DNA from: Gammaproteobacteria bacterium
Lineage (GTDB): Bacteria > Pseudomonadota > Gammaproteobacteria > Xanthomonadales > Rhodanobacteraceae
Assembly (NCBI GenBank): GCA_004295005.1
Contig: SHNG01000017.1
Coordinates: 15,969 to 79,968, forward strand
Reading direction: 5' to 3'
DNA: 64,000 bases
Below are positions 9,566-19,505 of the stretch, piece by piece. Within the stretch, counting starts at the first letter, position 1. The number at the start of each line of letters is the position of its first letter. A program made the translations under genes and the position numbers. The notes beneath the pieces are model-generated. The model was not told where the DNA came from. It searched no databases and worked only from the letters and a program-made list of their open reading frames with translations.

Positions 9566-9696
9566 TGCACTGCAACCTGATTGGCGAACGCCGATTGCGC
9601 CGAAAAAACGGGAAATGTCGGAAACCTGCCGCAACCATCGCACATTTTGGGATGGCAGTCAGAATCGCAAGCCCGCAAACAATGCCAGCAAACGGG

Positions 9697-10026
9697 CTAC
9701 CAGCCGCTGTTGCGATCAACCTGCTTCAATTCGGAACGTGGTGAACGCTCCGCGGCAAGTTTCAGGTTGATTCCACAGTGACGGCAGCTTTTTGCATCAA
9801 CCGGGTTGCCGCGGCGACACTTCGGACACTCGCTCTGCGCGGGTTTCGAAAGCGCCACCACCAGCCAGCCAATCGGACCCAGCAGCGCGGCCCAGACCAT
9901 GCCGGCCACGACGCGACCCTTGATCCAGCCAATCAGCGCGCCAACGAGCAGGCAGACGAGGGTGATGCCCAGCACCCACGCCCAGAGCACCGGATCAAGC
10001 AGACGCGCCAGACAATCCTCGTTCAT
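9697..10026 (-). CDS. Small membrane protein with C-terminal zinc ribbon
   Basis: Two hydrophobic segments (…LLGPIGWLVV) then CPKC…CRHC; start uncertain (10026 or 10032). Confidence 0.65.
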   Translation of the reverse strand: MNEDCLARLLDPVLWAWVLGITLVCLLVGALIGWIKGRVVAGMVWAALLGPIGWLVVALSKPAQSECPKCRRGNPVDAKSCRHCGINLKLAAERSPRSELKQVDRNSGW

Positions 10027-10102
10027 GCGCATGATGGCTTCGATGTCGGAACTGTCCAACGCCGCCAGTCCCGCCAGGGTGCAGGTATTGGCTTCCACGA
10101 AC

Positions 10103-11506
10103 TCAGCCTCCGGCCTTGCCAATGGCTGCTTCGATTCGACCCAGAGCCTGCTCGCGCCCAGCCAGATACACGGTGTGATCAATGGACGGCGATACCTGGG
10201 TTCCGGTGATTGCCACGCGCAAGGGTTGTGCCACCTTGCCCATGCCCTCGCCGATTGCTTGCGCTGCGGCTGCGATGGCTGCGTGGACATTCTCCACCGT
10301 CCAATCGCGGGTATCGGACAATTGCTGGTGCACGGCCTGCAACGCCGGGATCGCGGTTGCCGATTTCAGGTGCTTGGCCACGGCCTGCTCATCGTAGCTT
10401 TCCAGCGGCGCATACCAGACCCGCGCCTTTTCGGCCATATCCTTGAGCGTGGTTGCGCGCTCGCGCAAGGCAACGATCACATCCACGGGATCCGGCCCTC
10501 GCGCGGGATCCAGGCCCGCAGCGCGCAGGTGCCAAAGCAGATGCGGCAGGATTTCCTGCGGGTCATCGCTCTTGAGGTACTGCTGGTTGAGCCAGGTCAG
10601 TTTCTCGGTATCGAATCGGGCAGCCGCGCGATTCACATGCGCGACATCAAACAACTCGATCATCTGCGCGCGCGAAAAGACCTCCTGGTCACCATGCGAC
10701 CAGCCCAGCCGCACCAGATAATTCAGCACCGCGTGGGGCAGGAAGCCGTCGTCGCGATATTGCATGACGCTGACCGCGCCATGGCGCTTGCTCAGCTTCT
10801 GTCCGTCGGCACCGAGGATCATCGGCAGATGGGCGAAGGTGGGCGCCTGCGCGCCAAGCGCGTTGTAGATATTGATCTGGCGTGGGGTGTTGTTGACATG
10901 GTCGTCACCGCGCACGACATCGGTGATGCGCATGTCGATGTCGTCCACCACCACCGCAAAGTTGTAGGTGGGAAACCCGTCGGAACGGAAAATGACCAGG
11001 TCATCCAGCTCCTCGTTGCTCCACTCGATGCGCCCCTTGACCTTGTCGTCGAACACCACGGTGCCGGATTCGGGGTTGCGGAATCGGATCACCCGATTCG
11101 GATCGTCGCGAAACGGCTCGTTGCGATCACGGTAATGGCCGCTGTAGCGCGGCTTTTGCTTGTTGGCCAAGGCCTCGGCACGCATGGCCTCGATCTCTTC
11201 CTTGCTCTCGTAGGCGTAATAGGCCTTGCCGGCCTTGAGCAGGTCTTCGGCAACCTGGCGGTAGCGATCCAGGCGCAGGGTTTGATAGAACGGACCTTCA
11301 TCGTGCTCCAGACCCAACCAGCTCATGCCATCGAGAATGGCTTGCACCGCCTCACGGGTTGAACGCTCACGGTCGGTATCCTCGATGCGCAGGATGAATT
11401 CGCCACCGCGCTGGCGCGCCTCAAGCCAGCAAAACAATGCGGTGCGCGCGCCACCTATGTGCAGGAATCCAGTGGGGCTGGGAGCAAAGCGGGTACGTAC
11501 GGTCAT
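10103..11506 (-). CDS. gltX: Glutamate--tRNA ligase
   Basis: [16 protein letters not shown] (HIGH), LRIEDTD, KLSKR (KMSKS). Confidence 0.98.
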   Translation of the reverse strand: MTVRTRFAPSPTGFLHIGGARTALFCWLEARQRGGEFILRIEDTDRERSTREAVQAILDGMSWLGLEHDEGPFYQTLRLDRYRQVAEDLLKAGKAYYAYESKEEIEAMRAEALANKQKPRYSGHYRDRNEPFRDDPNRVIRFRNPESGTVVFDDKVKGRIEWSNEELDDLVIFRSDGFPTYNFAVVVDDIDMRITDVVRGDDHVNNTPRQINIYNALGAQAPTFAHLPMILGADGQKLSKRHGAVSVMQYRDDGFLPHAVLNYLVRLGWSHGDQEVFSRAQMIELFDVAHVNRAAARFDTEKLTWLNQQYLKSDDPQEILPHLLWHLRAAGLDPARGPDPVDVIVALRERATTLKDMAEKARVWYAPLESYDEQAVAKHLKSATAIPALQAVHQQLSDTRDWTVENVHAAIAAAAQAIGEGMGKVAQPLRVAITGTQVSPSIDHTVYLAGREQALGRIEAAIGKAGG

Positions 11507-11663
11507 GGCACAGGCGGCAAGGGGAGCGAACCGCCAAGTTTACCGGACCCTACCCGCTTCAGACAGGCGCACGGCGATGAGCCTGCAATGCCTGGCCCTG
11601 CGGTGCTGTCTCAATTGATTGCTATCCTGCGCCGCTTGAAATGCCGAAGAAGGGAATTGCCGC

Positions 11664-13682
11664 GTGAATGATCGATTCTGCCGGGCCATCCTGATTGCTG
11701 CCCTGCTCTTACCTGTCGCGGCGTGCACGACGAATCCGGGTAGACCGGGTGCGCAAGTGACGGAGGGCAGTCGCGCCCGCCTGGTGCTGATGGAAACCAC
11801 GGACCTGCATTCGAACATCCGCAGCTACGACTATTACAAGCTCAGTGCCGACCCATCGCTGGGCCTGGAACGCACGGCTACGTTGATAAGGCAGGCGCGC
11901 GCGGAATTTCCGAACACGCTGCTGTTCGATGCGGGAGACACCATCCAGGGCACCGCGCTTGCCGACTACCAGGCGCTGGTGAATCCGCCGGACTGCAAAC
12001 ACAAGCTGGCCATCCACGCAGTCATGGACGCGCTCGGCTATGACGGCGGCACCATCGGCAACCATGAATTCAACTATGGCTTGCCATTCCTCGCCCAGGT
12101 CACCGGCCAGAACATGAATGTCGACGGCGTCTCTGCGCAACGCTGCAAGGGACCAGACTTTCCACTGGTGCTGGCCAACGTCTTCAGCGCGCGCGACGGC
12201 AATCCCCTGTACGCCCCGACCGGCTGGATCGATCGCGATCTGGAATTTGTCGATGCGGACGGCAAAGCCGGCATGACCCAGATCCGCATTGGATTGATCG
12301 GATTCGCACCGCCACCCATCACCCTGTGGGATCGACGCAATCTCGAGGGCAAGGTGCTGACCCGTGGCGTGGTCGAATCCGCACGCCAGTTCCTGCCGGC
12401 GCTGCGTTCGCAGGATGTCGACCTGGTGGTCGCACTGTCGCACGGCGGCCTCGACGCATCGCCCTACTCCGACACCATGGAAAACGCGAACTGGTATCTG
12501 TCCCAGGAACCCGGCATCGATGTGCTCATGCTGGGTCATTCGCACGCCGTGTTCCCTGACCCGGGCAATCCGAAATCCCGCTTTGCCGACATGCCGCAGG
12601 TCGACAACCAGCGCGGATTCGTCAATGGCAAGCCAGCCGTGATGGGCAGCTTCTGGGGCAAGGGCCTCGGGCTGATCGAGTTGGGACTCGTATTTCGCGC
12701 AGGACACTGGCAGATCGATGCCGACACCACCCATTCGGAGGTGCGCATGATCCGCAATGCCGATGGATCGTTCGTGGAACCCGATGCCGAGGTCGCGCGC
12801 CTGGTCGAAGACGTCCATCAGGCAACGATCGATTACGTCGGCACACCCATCGGCGACAGCGATTTTGCGATGACCACGTATTTCACCGCTGTCGGCGATG
12901 TCAGTGCGATACAACCCATCAACATGGCGCAGCGCGCCTATGTCGAAGCCTATGTGGACAGCAACTTTCCGCAGCTCAGCGAAGTTCCCGTGCTGTCTGC
13001 GGCGGCCCCCTTCAAGGCCGGATTTGGCGGCGCGACCGATTTCACCGATGTCGCTGCCGGCAACCTGGCGATTCGCAATGCTGCCGATCTCTATCTGTAT
13101 CCGAACACCCTCTCTGCGGTGCGCATCAACGGCAGCGAGCTCAAGGCATGGCTTGAGAAATCCGCGCGCTTTTTCAACCGCATTGATCCCGCACTGGCCA
13201 CCCCGCAGGAGTTGGTCAACCGCAAGACCCCAAGCTACAACTTTGATGTGATCCAGGGCGGAATACGCTTTGGAATCGACATCTCCAAAGCCGCCGGAAG
13301 CCGGATCGTCGACCTGCGCTTTGCCGGAAAGCCGGTTGCCGCGGATCAGGAATTCATACTCGCGACCAACAACTATCGGGCAAGCGGCGGCGGCAATTTC
13401 CTCGACCCGGATTCAAGCCGGGTACTGTTTCATTCACCCGACATGAATCGCGACGTGCTGATCAACTGGATCAAACAGGAAAAGCATCTTCGCTTGCAGG
13501 ATCATGGCTCGGATCGCCCCTGGCATTTCGTGTCCATGAAGACGGTCGGACCCATCACCTTCCGGACAGCCAGCGCCAAACTGGACCTGGCAAAAAAGAT
13601 TGGATTGAATGGCATCAAGCAGATTTCCATGGATGAAGCCGGCATGAGCACCTACGCCATTGATCTTTCCACCCGGCCCTGA
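11664..13682 (+). CDS. cpdB: Bifunctional 2',3'-cyclic-nucleotide 2'-phosphodiesterase/3'-nucleotidase (lipoprotein)
   Basis: ETTDLH, DAGDTIQG, GNHEFNYG, GHSH, ADLYLYPNTL, ATNNYRA; lipobox VAAC. Confidence 0.92.
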   Translation: MNDRFCRAILIAALLLPVAACTTNPGRPGAQVTEGSRARLVLMETTDLHSNIRSYDYYKLSADPSLGLERTATLIRQARAEFPNTLLFDAGDTIQGTALADYQALVNPPDCKHKLAIHAVMDALGYDGGTIGNHEFNYGLPFLAQVTGQNMNVDGVSAQRCKGPDFPLVLANVFSARDGNPLYAPTGWIDRDLEFVDADGKAGMTQIRIGLIGFAPPPITLWDRRNLEGKVLTRGVVESARQFLPALRSQDVDLVVALSHGGLDASPYSDTMENANWYLSQEPGIDVLMLGHSHAVFPDPGNPKSRFADMPQVDNQRGFVNGKPAVMGSFWGKGLGLIELGLVFRAGHWQIDADTTHSEVRMIRNADGSFVEPDAEVARLVEDVHQATIDYVGTPIGDSDFAMTTYFTAVGDVSAIQPINMAQRAYVEAYVDSNFPQLSEVPVLSAAAPFKAGFGGATDFTDVAAGNLAIRNAADLYLYPNTLSAVRINGSELKAWLEKSARFFNRIDPALATPQELVNRKTPSYNFDVIQGGIRFGIDISKAAGSRIVDLRFAGKPVAADQEFILATNNYRASGGGNFLDPDSSRVLFHSPDMNRDVLINWIKQEKHLRLQDHGSDRPWHFVSMKTVGPITFRTASAKLDLAKKIGLNGIKQISMDEAGMSTYAIDLSTRP

Positions 13683-13684
13683 GC

Positions 13685-15319
13685 ATGCGCCTCGCGATGA
13701 ATGCTGCGGCTCCCTCCGATGACCGGCATCATGAATCCGGTACCGGAGTGGCTTGCCGCCATACACTGAATTCCCGCCATCATCTGCGGCGGCGTCTGCT
13801 GTGCGCATGCTTGGCAATGGCGCTAGGCAAATCCGCGAGCATTGGTCTTGCCAATGGGCTGCCACCCGACATTCCCTTGCAATGGCCCCTGCCCCACGGC
13901 CGCGGTGGCGAAACAACGCCCTTGCGTTCGCGCCTGGACGCCATGCGCCTGCCCCCGCAGGTCGGCTCGCCACGTGCCCCGCGCCAGTGGCTGGTTGAAA
14001 ACTGCGCCGACGACGATTCCGTTGGCAGCCTGCGCAATGTCATCGAGCAAGCCGACAGCGGTGATGTGATTGACCTTCGCCAGTTGACCTGCAGTCAGAT
14101 CAGCCTCAGCCAGGGCGCACTGAAACTCGAGCTTTCGGACCTGACCCTGATGGGACCGGGCGCCGCACAACTGACCCTGAGCGGCGAAAACCGTGACCGC
14201 ATCATCCTGCATCCGGGCTCCGGAACACTGACCATCGAAGACCTGACCATCGCCCACGGCGAATTTCATGCGGTCGACAATGACATCGGCTTTGGCGGCT
14301 GCATTGCCACCGGTGCCTCCCTGGTGCTCAGGCGCGCGGTTGTGCGCGATTGCATGGCCGTTGGCGTGGGTGCCTATGGTGGCGCCGTACTGTCGGGCTT
14401 CATGACCATGATCAACAGCACCATTTCGGACAGCACGGCGTTTGGCGACCACCCGGCCAATGGAACGGCTGCCTACGGTGGCGGCGCGTTTTCCTACGGC
14501 GTCGAAATCCTCGACAGCACGATATCCGGCAACACCGCGATTGGCACCGACAATGCACCGCTCACGCACTGGGAAATTGCCGGAGGATTGTTCGTTGCCC
14601 GCAATGGCGGCTTGATTGAACGCTCCACGATCAGCGACAACTTTGCCATCCGTTTCGCCGGTGGCCTGGCCCAGGAGGGTGATCTGACCCTGCGCAATTC
14701 GACGATCTCGGGAAATCTTGCAGAAACCGACGATGGCGGCGGCATTCGCGTGCGTCAGGACACCGCACTGCGTATCGAGAACTGCACCATCGCCAACAAC
14801 CATGCCGGCAGCGTGGGCGGCGGCATCTCGTTTGTCGCCAATGCCAGGCCTTCCACGCTCATCAGCAGCATCGTGGCAGGCAACGGCAGCGGATTCGGCA
14901 ACGCCGATCTCGACAGCGCCCTGCCGCTTTCAATCGCCGGTTCACACAATCTGGTGGTGCAAAGCGGAAAGAACCTGCAATTGCCGGCAGATACGCTTCA
15001 TGACGATCCGTTGCTGCTGCCGCTGGCGGCCAATGGCGGTGCAACCCGAACCCACGCCCTTTTGCCTTCCAGCCCGACTCTCGACCGTGGCAGCAATCCG
15101 AATGCCTTGCTGACAGACCAGCGCGGCGAAGGATACGCTCGCGAAGTGGGACTCGGCACCGATATCGGTGCCGTCGAACTCCAAGGCCAAGGGGCGGAGC
15201 CCATCGCGCTATCCGGCCTCAGGAGCTGGGGCGAGTTGGCACTTGCCGCCATCCTGGCCTTGCTGGGCGTTCATCGCGCGCGCCGACAGATCGACCGATC
15301 ACGCGCCAAGGGCTCCTGA
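13685..15319 (+). CDS. Secreted right-handed beta-helix protein (choice-of-anchor Q type) with C-terminal IPTL-CTERM-like membrane anchor
   Basis: GSLR N-terminal motif, repeated GGG…NSTISGN/DN units, LAANGGATRTHALLPSSP…DQRG…DIGAVE, tail IALSGLRSWGELALAAILALLGVHRARR; start uncertain. Confidence 0.75.
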   Translation: MRLAMNAAAPSDDRHHESGTGVACRHTLNSRHHLRRRLLCACLAMALGKSASIGLANGLPPDIPLQWPLPHGRGGETTPLRSRLDAMRLPPQVGSPRAPRQWLVENCADDDSVGSLRNVIEQADSGDVIDLRQLTCSQISLSQGALKLELSDLTLMGPGAAQLTLSGENRDRIILHPGSGTLTIEDLTIAHGEFHAVDNDIGFGGCIATGASLVLRRAVVRDCMAVGVGAYGGAVLSGFMTMINSTISDSTAFGDHPANGTAAYGGGAFSYGVEILDSTISGNTAIGTDNAPLTHWEIAGGLFVARNGGLIERSTISDNFAIRFAGGLAQEGDLTLRNSTISGNLAETDDGGGIRVRQDTALRIENCTIANNHAGSVGGGISFVANARPSTLISSIVAGNGSGFGNADLDSALPLSIAGSHNLVVQSGKNLQLPADTLHDDPLLLPLAANGGATRTHALLPSSPTLDRGSNPNALLTDQRGEGYAREVGLGTDIGAVELQGQGAEPIALSGLRSWGELALAAILALLGVHRARRQIDRSRAKGS

Positions 15320-15324
15320 ATCCG

Positions 15325-15783
15325 TTACTTCACCGTAATGGTGATCTTCGTTGAAAGTACGGGCGGATCAAACTGCATGTGCAAGGCGTCAGCCAGATTC
15401 AATTGCAGGGTGTGCTTGCCCGGGCCGAGTTTCACCGTGGCTTCGGTTTGACCACCGCCGAAATGCACGTGGTTTGCATCCGCCGGGATGGGGAGATTCA
15501 GCGCCGGCATCTGCGCAACATCGATCAGCAAATGATGATGGCCGGTTTTTGCGATGGCCGAGCCAGCCGGAGCAACACCCATTCCGCGCAAGCCAAAACG
15601 AACCACGAATTCCTGGCCAACGGTGGCACCGTCCTCGGGAGAGATGAAATAGAGTTCGACGCCTGCAGGTGCACTGTTCCGCGGCAAGGTTGCAGCTTGC
15701 GGCGTATCCGCGCGGGATGTCAGGGGGGCCAATGCAATCATCGCGACCAATGCAATGGCGAACTTCGCGCTACAAGCGTTCAT
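15325..15783 (-). CDS. DUF4399 domain-containing exported protein
   Basis: Signal peptide; YFISPEDG, FGLRGMGVAPAG, GHHHLLID, HFGGGQTE, GKHTLQL. Confidence 0.85.
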   Translation of the reverse strand: MNACSAKFAIALVAMIALAPLTSRADTPQAATLPRNSAPAGVELYFISPEDGATVGQEFVVRFGLRGMGVAPAGSAIAKTGHHHLLIDVAQMPALNLPIPADANHVHFGGGQTEATVKLGPGKHTLQLNLADALHMQFDPPVLSTKITITVK

Positions 15784-15946
15784 GGCATGCTCCGGATTCG
15801 ATTCAGGCATGATGATAACCCCATGCCGTCACCTTGCCTGTTTGCACAAGGCCACGGGCATGCCCAGGGCATGCGTGTTGCTCGAACAATTCGAGCAAAT
15901 TAAGGCGGAATCCGGAGCTATTTTTGCCACAGGTCGGGGATAAGTG

Positions 15947-15975
15947 TTGACGATATGCCCGACACTCTTTATTCT
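15947..15975 (+). promoter_or_regulatory. Sigma70 promoter of tRNA operon
   Basis: TTGACG-17 bp-TATTCT followed by GC-rich discriminator CCCGCGCC, 12 bp before tRNA-Ala. Confidence 0.75.
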
Positions 15976-15987
15976 CCCGCGCCTCCC

Positions 15988-16063
<76 letters not shown>

Positions 16064-16086
16064 GGGTTCTTCCGGTTTCTCTAAGC

Positions 16087-16162
16087 GTCCCCATCGTCTA
16101 GAGGCCCAGGACACCGCCCTTTCACGGCAGTAACAGGGGTTCGAATCCCCTTGGGGACGCCA
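16087..16162 (+). tRNA. tRNA-Glu (TTC)
   Basis: GTCCCCA/TGGGGAC acceptor, loop CTTTCAC, GGTTCGAAT, CCA end; one C-A mismatch in anticodon stem. Confidence 0.95.
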
Positions 16163-16239
16163 GTGACGATCCAGCTCGCGAATTCGGGTGGGATCGGTGA
16201 GAATAGCGGTTTGCGCAGGATGCGCGGATTGACAAGTGT

Positions 16240-16316
16240 GGAGCGGTAGTTCAGCTGGTTAGAATGCTGGCCTGTCACGCCGGAGGTCGCGGGTTCGAGT
16301 CCCGTCCGCTCCGCCA
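16240..16316 (+). tRNA. tRNA-Asp (GTC)
   Basis: GGAGCGG/CCGCTCC acceptor, loop CTGTCAC, GGTTCGAGT, CCA end; 77 nt. Confidence 0.97.
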
Positions 16317-16328
16317 TCTTTCACAACG

Positions 16329-16352
16329 AAACCCGCCTTGGCGGGTTTTTTT
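16329..16352 (+). terminator. Rho-independent terminator of tRNA operon
   Basis: AAACCCGCC-TT-GGCGGGTTTTTTT. Confidence 0.9.
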
Positions 16353-16416
16353 GTTTGCGTCGTCGCGAACCTGATTTTCTGCCCGAGAAATCCTCGCCGG
16401 ATGTTCCGGTTGCGGC

Positions 16417-17814
16417 TCAATCGGGGTCAAACCCATTGGCAAAGATGCCATCGCTGCGAAGCTCGTAGGCGCCCATGTCAAAGCCCGCGCCTTGTGGCCG
16501 CGACACCTGATCGGCGTCCAGCAACGGTGCTCCGCTTGCGCTTCCCGAGTCGATCGCCGCCGAGCCCGTGCGCAGATGCAGGTCAAACGGCGGCGCCACG
16601 AACAAGGCCGATGCATTGGCGAACTCGATGTTGTGGTCGGCCGTGATGGCGATTCCGTCAAGCGAAAAATCGGTCGACAGGTTGTTGCGTACGAGCACGT
16701 TCTGGCTGGACGTGCCGTTCTTGTGATCGTGCACCATGATCCACGGCGGACCGGGCGAAGTGTTGTCCAGGTCGATCACCGAATTGTTGACGATGCGCGA
16801 ATTGCGCATGCCGTAGAAACTCATGCCGTGCCAATGATCGGTGACCACGACATTGTTCTCGACCGTCCAGTCCACGAAGAATCCGTCAAAGCAACCGATT
16901 CCCTGCATTGAACTGCGCAGTGGATTGGACGGGTTGGTGGCATTGATGAACACGTTGCCGCGCAACACGACGCCACTGACTTCGCCTGTCCCTACTCCGC
17001 CGGCGCCAACCGTCCAGCTCTGGAAGCCGTCGTCGTGGTTCTCGTCAAAATCATCGCCAATCAGGTTGTTCTGCACGCGGTTGTACTCGAACAAGCCACG
17101 ATTGCCGAGTCCGCGCATGCCATCGGCGGAAAAGCCGTCGATGAGATTGCGCTGGATGCGCCCATCATCACCAGAGAGGGCGATGCCGAAACGCACATTG
17201 CGGATGCGGCTGTCGCGCAAGGTCACGCGCGCGGCATCAATGTCCACTCCACTGGAGGCGAGATCGACCCATTCGGTCGGCCCCCAAGCGGACGCATCGG
17301 CAATCGAGAAAACATCAAGGTCGGCCAGTTCGATATCCCAGGCCGGGCCGGACCAGTCATGATCGGCCACCTCGATCATGGTGATCTGCTCGTTGGGTGC
17401 CGAGAACGAAGGGCTGACATCCAACCCCTGGACTATCCAGTTTTGCGCGGAGCGGATCAGGAGGCTGCGCAGTCGCGGTTGTGCGCCGGCAGCGGCCGCA
17501 ATGATGATCGGCGAGGCGTTGTAGGCATGTTCGATCGCCACATCGCCGTAGTAACCCGTGTGCAGCAACAGGGTATCGCCCGCATGCACGGGAGCTCCTG
17601 CATTCACGGTCACCAGGGTCATGCCCTCTTCATAGGGATAGTCCGGCCAGTCGCGGGTCTGTACCAGGCCCGAGTCGAGAACCTGCTGCAGGGACGCCCA
17701 GGGTTGGGTTGCACTGCCATCGCCGGCGGCGCTGCCGTTGACGGGGTCGATATGAAACGTCGTCGCCAAGGCCGGCGAACCCATGATCAACAAGCCCAGC
17801 AAGACGCATCGCAT
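16417..17814 (-). CDS. Secreted parallel beta-helix (pectate-lyase-like fold) protein with C-terminal D-x-IF-x-x-GF-D tail
   Basis: Signal peptide (MRCVLLGLLIMGSPALA), HIDPVNGSAAGDGSATQPW, NHDDGFQ, SAAIDSG…RPQGAGFDMGAYE, ends DGIFANGFDPD. Confidence 0.8.
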   Translation of the reverse strand: MRCVLLGLLIMGSPALATTFHIDPVNGSAAGDGSATQPWASLQQVLDSGLVQTRDWPDYPYEEGMTLVTVNAGAPVHAGDTLLLHTGYYGDVAIEHAYNASPIIIAAAAGAQPRLRSLLIRSAQNWIVQGLDVSPSFSAPNEQITMIEVADHDWSGPAWDIELADLDVFSIADASAWGPTEWVDLASSGVDIDAARVTLRDSRIRNVRFGIALSGDDGRIQRNLIDGFSADGMRGLGNRGLFEYNRVQNNLIGDDFDENHDDGFQSWTVGAGGVGTGEVSGVVLRGNVFINATNPSNPLRSSMQGIGCFDGFFVDWTVENNVVVTDHWHGMSFYGMRNSRIVNNSVIDLDNTSPGPPWIMVHDHKNGTSSQNVLVRNNLSTDFSLDGIAITADHNIEFANASALFVAPPFDLHLRTGSAAIDSGSASGAPLLDADQVSRPQGAGFDMGAYELRSDGIFANGFDPD

Positions 17815-17913
17815 CGGCTCGATCCTCACTACGCAAGTACCAAGGAATTTGAGCACCGTGAGCTCAGGCCAACCGTGATGGGCTTGTCCGAAAGCGCGGG
17901 GTTTCTGCCTGTT

Positions 17914-18402
17914 TCAAGCCGGCACAGCCGGACTTGGCACATCGGACACCCTTTGCAGGGTTCCAACCGAATGCCCCTGTTCGGCCAGGTATTCAAGCCA
18001 GCGGTTGAGGAAAGAGCTGCTGCGCAGGCGCTTATCGAAAACCGTGCGTGCCGGCAGCAGACGGCTCACCAGGTCCTGCAATGGGGCGTCTTCGCAATGG
18101 GACAGCACTTCGGCCACCCGAGCATCGCGATACATGCGAATGCGCGCCCCCGGTTGACGCAAGCCGGTCTGTTCGTCCGTCATCAGGTACGACAGGCCCA
18201 GGTCAACCGTATAGGGATGGTGTTCAAGCACCTGTAGAACCAGGTCGAGGCGATCACCCACTGAAGAAACATAGACTCCGGGAACCAGTCGCTGCGGGGC
18301 AAACATGCGATCCAGGCGATGATGGTTTTCCGCATGCATCCCCATCAGCCAGGCGAACCGGCTGGGTCGGATTTCCGTTCGCGTGGCGGTCTGCAACATC
18401 AT
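17914..18402 (-). CDS. DUF1249 (YqiB-like) protein
   Basis: HAENH, HPYT, RMYRDARVAEV, NRWLEYLAEQGHS. Confidence 0.85.
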   Translation of the reverse strand: MMLQTATRTEIRPSRFAWLMGMHAENHHRLDRMFAPQRLVPGVYVSSVGDRLDLVLQVLEHHPYTVDLGLSYLMTDEQTGLRQPGARIRMYRDARVAEVLSHCEDAPLQDLVSRLLPARTVFDKRLRSSSFLNRWLEYLAEQGHSVGTLQRVSDVPSPAVPA

Positions 18403-18531
18403 GGATCGATCATAGCATCGGCCTATCTGCCCGCCAGACTGTTGCATGCACCGACAGCCGCGCTACCATGGTGATCCGATCCGCACGCCGCGCGATCCGC
18501 CCCCGCACCTCGCCGTCCGCGATCGCACTTC

Positions 18532-19347
18532 CTAGAACATGTGTTTCTCGATGCCGAGTTGCGAGAGGATCTTGCTCGCGATTTCCTCGATGGAAGTGTG
18601 CGTCGTGCTTTGCATGGGAATGCCCTCCCGGCGAAACAGCTTCTCCGCCTGATCCAGTTCGCGCTTGCATTGGGCAAGCTGCGCGTAGCGGCTGCCCGGA
18701 CGACGGGCTTCGCGCACCTGCGCCAGGCGTTGCGCGTCGATGCTCAAGGCATACAGTTTGGATTTGAACGGACGCAATCGCATCGGCAATTCGAGTTTTT
18801 CCAGGTCCTCTTCAGTCAAGGGATAGTTGGCCGCCTTCACCCCGTAATGAAGCGCCATGTACAGGCAGGTCGGCGTCTTGCCCACGCGCGACACGCCCAC
18901 CAGGATCACCTCGGCATCGTCGTAGCGCACGTCGATGCCGTCGTCGTGCGAGAGCGCATAGTTGGTGGCATTGATGCGTGCCTCGTACTCGTCGAAGTTG
19001 GTCAGGCCATGCGCCTTGCCAACGCGTGGTGAACGCGTCGTGCCGAGTTCCGTCTCCAGTGGAGCGATGAACGGGGCAAACACGTCCAGCATCAGTCCCC
19101 CGCCATCAGCCACGATGTCGCTCAAGCTTTGGTCCATGATCGTGTTGACCACGATGGGACGGATGCCGCTTTCCGCATAGCGGGTCCTGATTCGCTGCGC
19201 CGCACCTGCCGCCTTTTCCTCGGAATCTACGAACGGCAAGCGAAAGGTTTCGAAATCAATGCCTTCGAACTGGGTAAGCACGCTGTGGCCAATGGTTTCA
19301 GCGGTGATTCCGGTTCCATCCGAGATGTAAAAGACCGTGCGGCGCAT
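18532..19347 (-). CDS. ppsR: PEP synthase regulatory protein (kinase/pyrophosphorylase)
   Basis: [38 protein letters not shown]; divergent from ppsA. Confidence 0.95.
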   Translation of the reverse strand: MRRTVFYISDGTGITAETIGHSVLTQFEGIDFETFRLPFVDSEEKAAGAAQRIRTRYAESGIRPIVVNTIMDQSLSDIVADGGGLMLDVFAPFIAPLETELGTTRSPRVGKAHGLTNFDEYEARINATNYALSHDDGIDVRYDDAEVILVGVSRVGKTPTCLYMALHYGVKAANYPLTEEDLEKLELPMRLRPFKSKLYALSIDAQRLAQVREARRPGSRYAQLAQCKRELDQAEKLFRREGIPMQSTTHTSIEEIASKILSQLGIEKHMF

Positions 19348-19505
19348 CGGCGTGTCCTGTTGCGGGGCTGTGCAGTCTATGCAATCCCGAGCGACAGGTG
19401 CAGCGCGTGCCCGTTCCAGACCGACATTTCATCCCCGCAAATATGTCGCCCACGCGGCATTGCCGGTAGAATGGTGCGCTGCGAAAAATCCCCGGAGATG
19501 TCACC

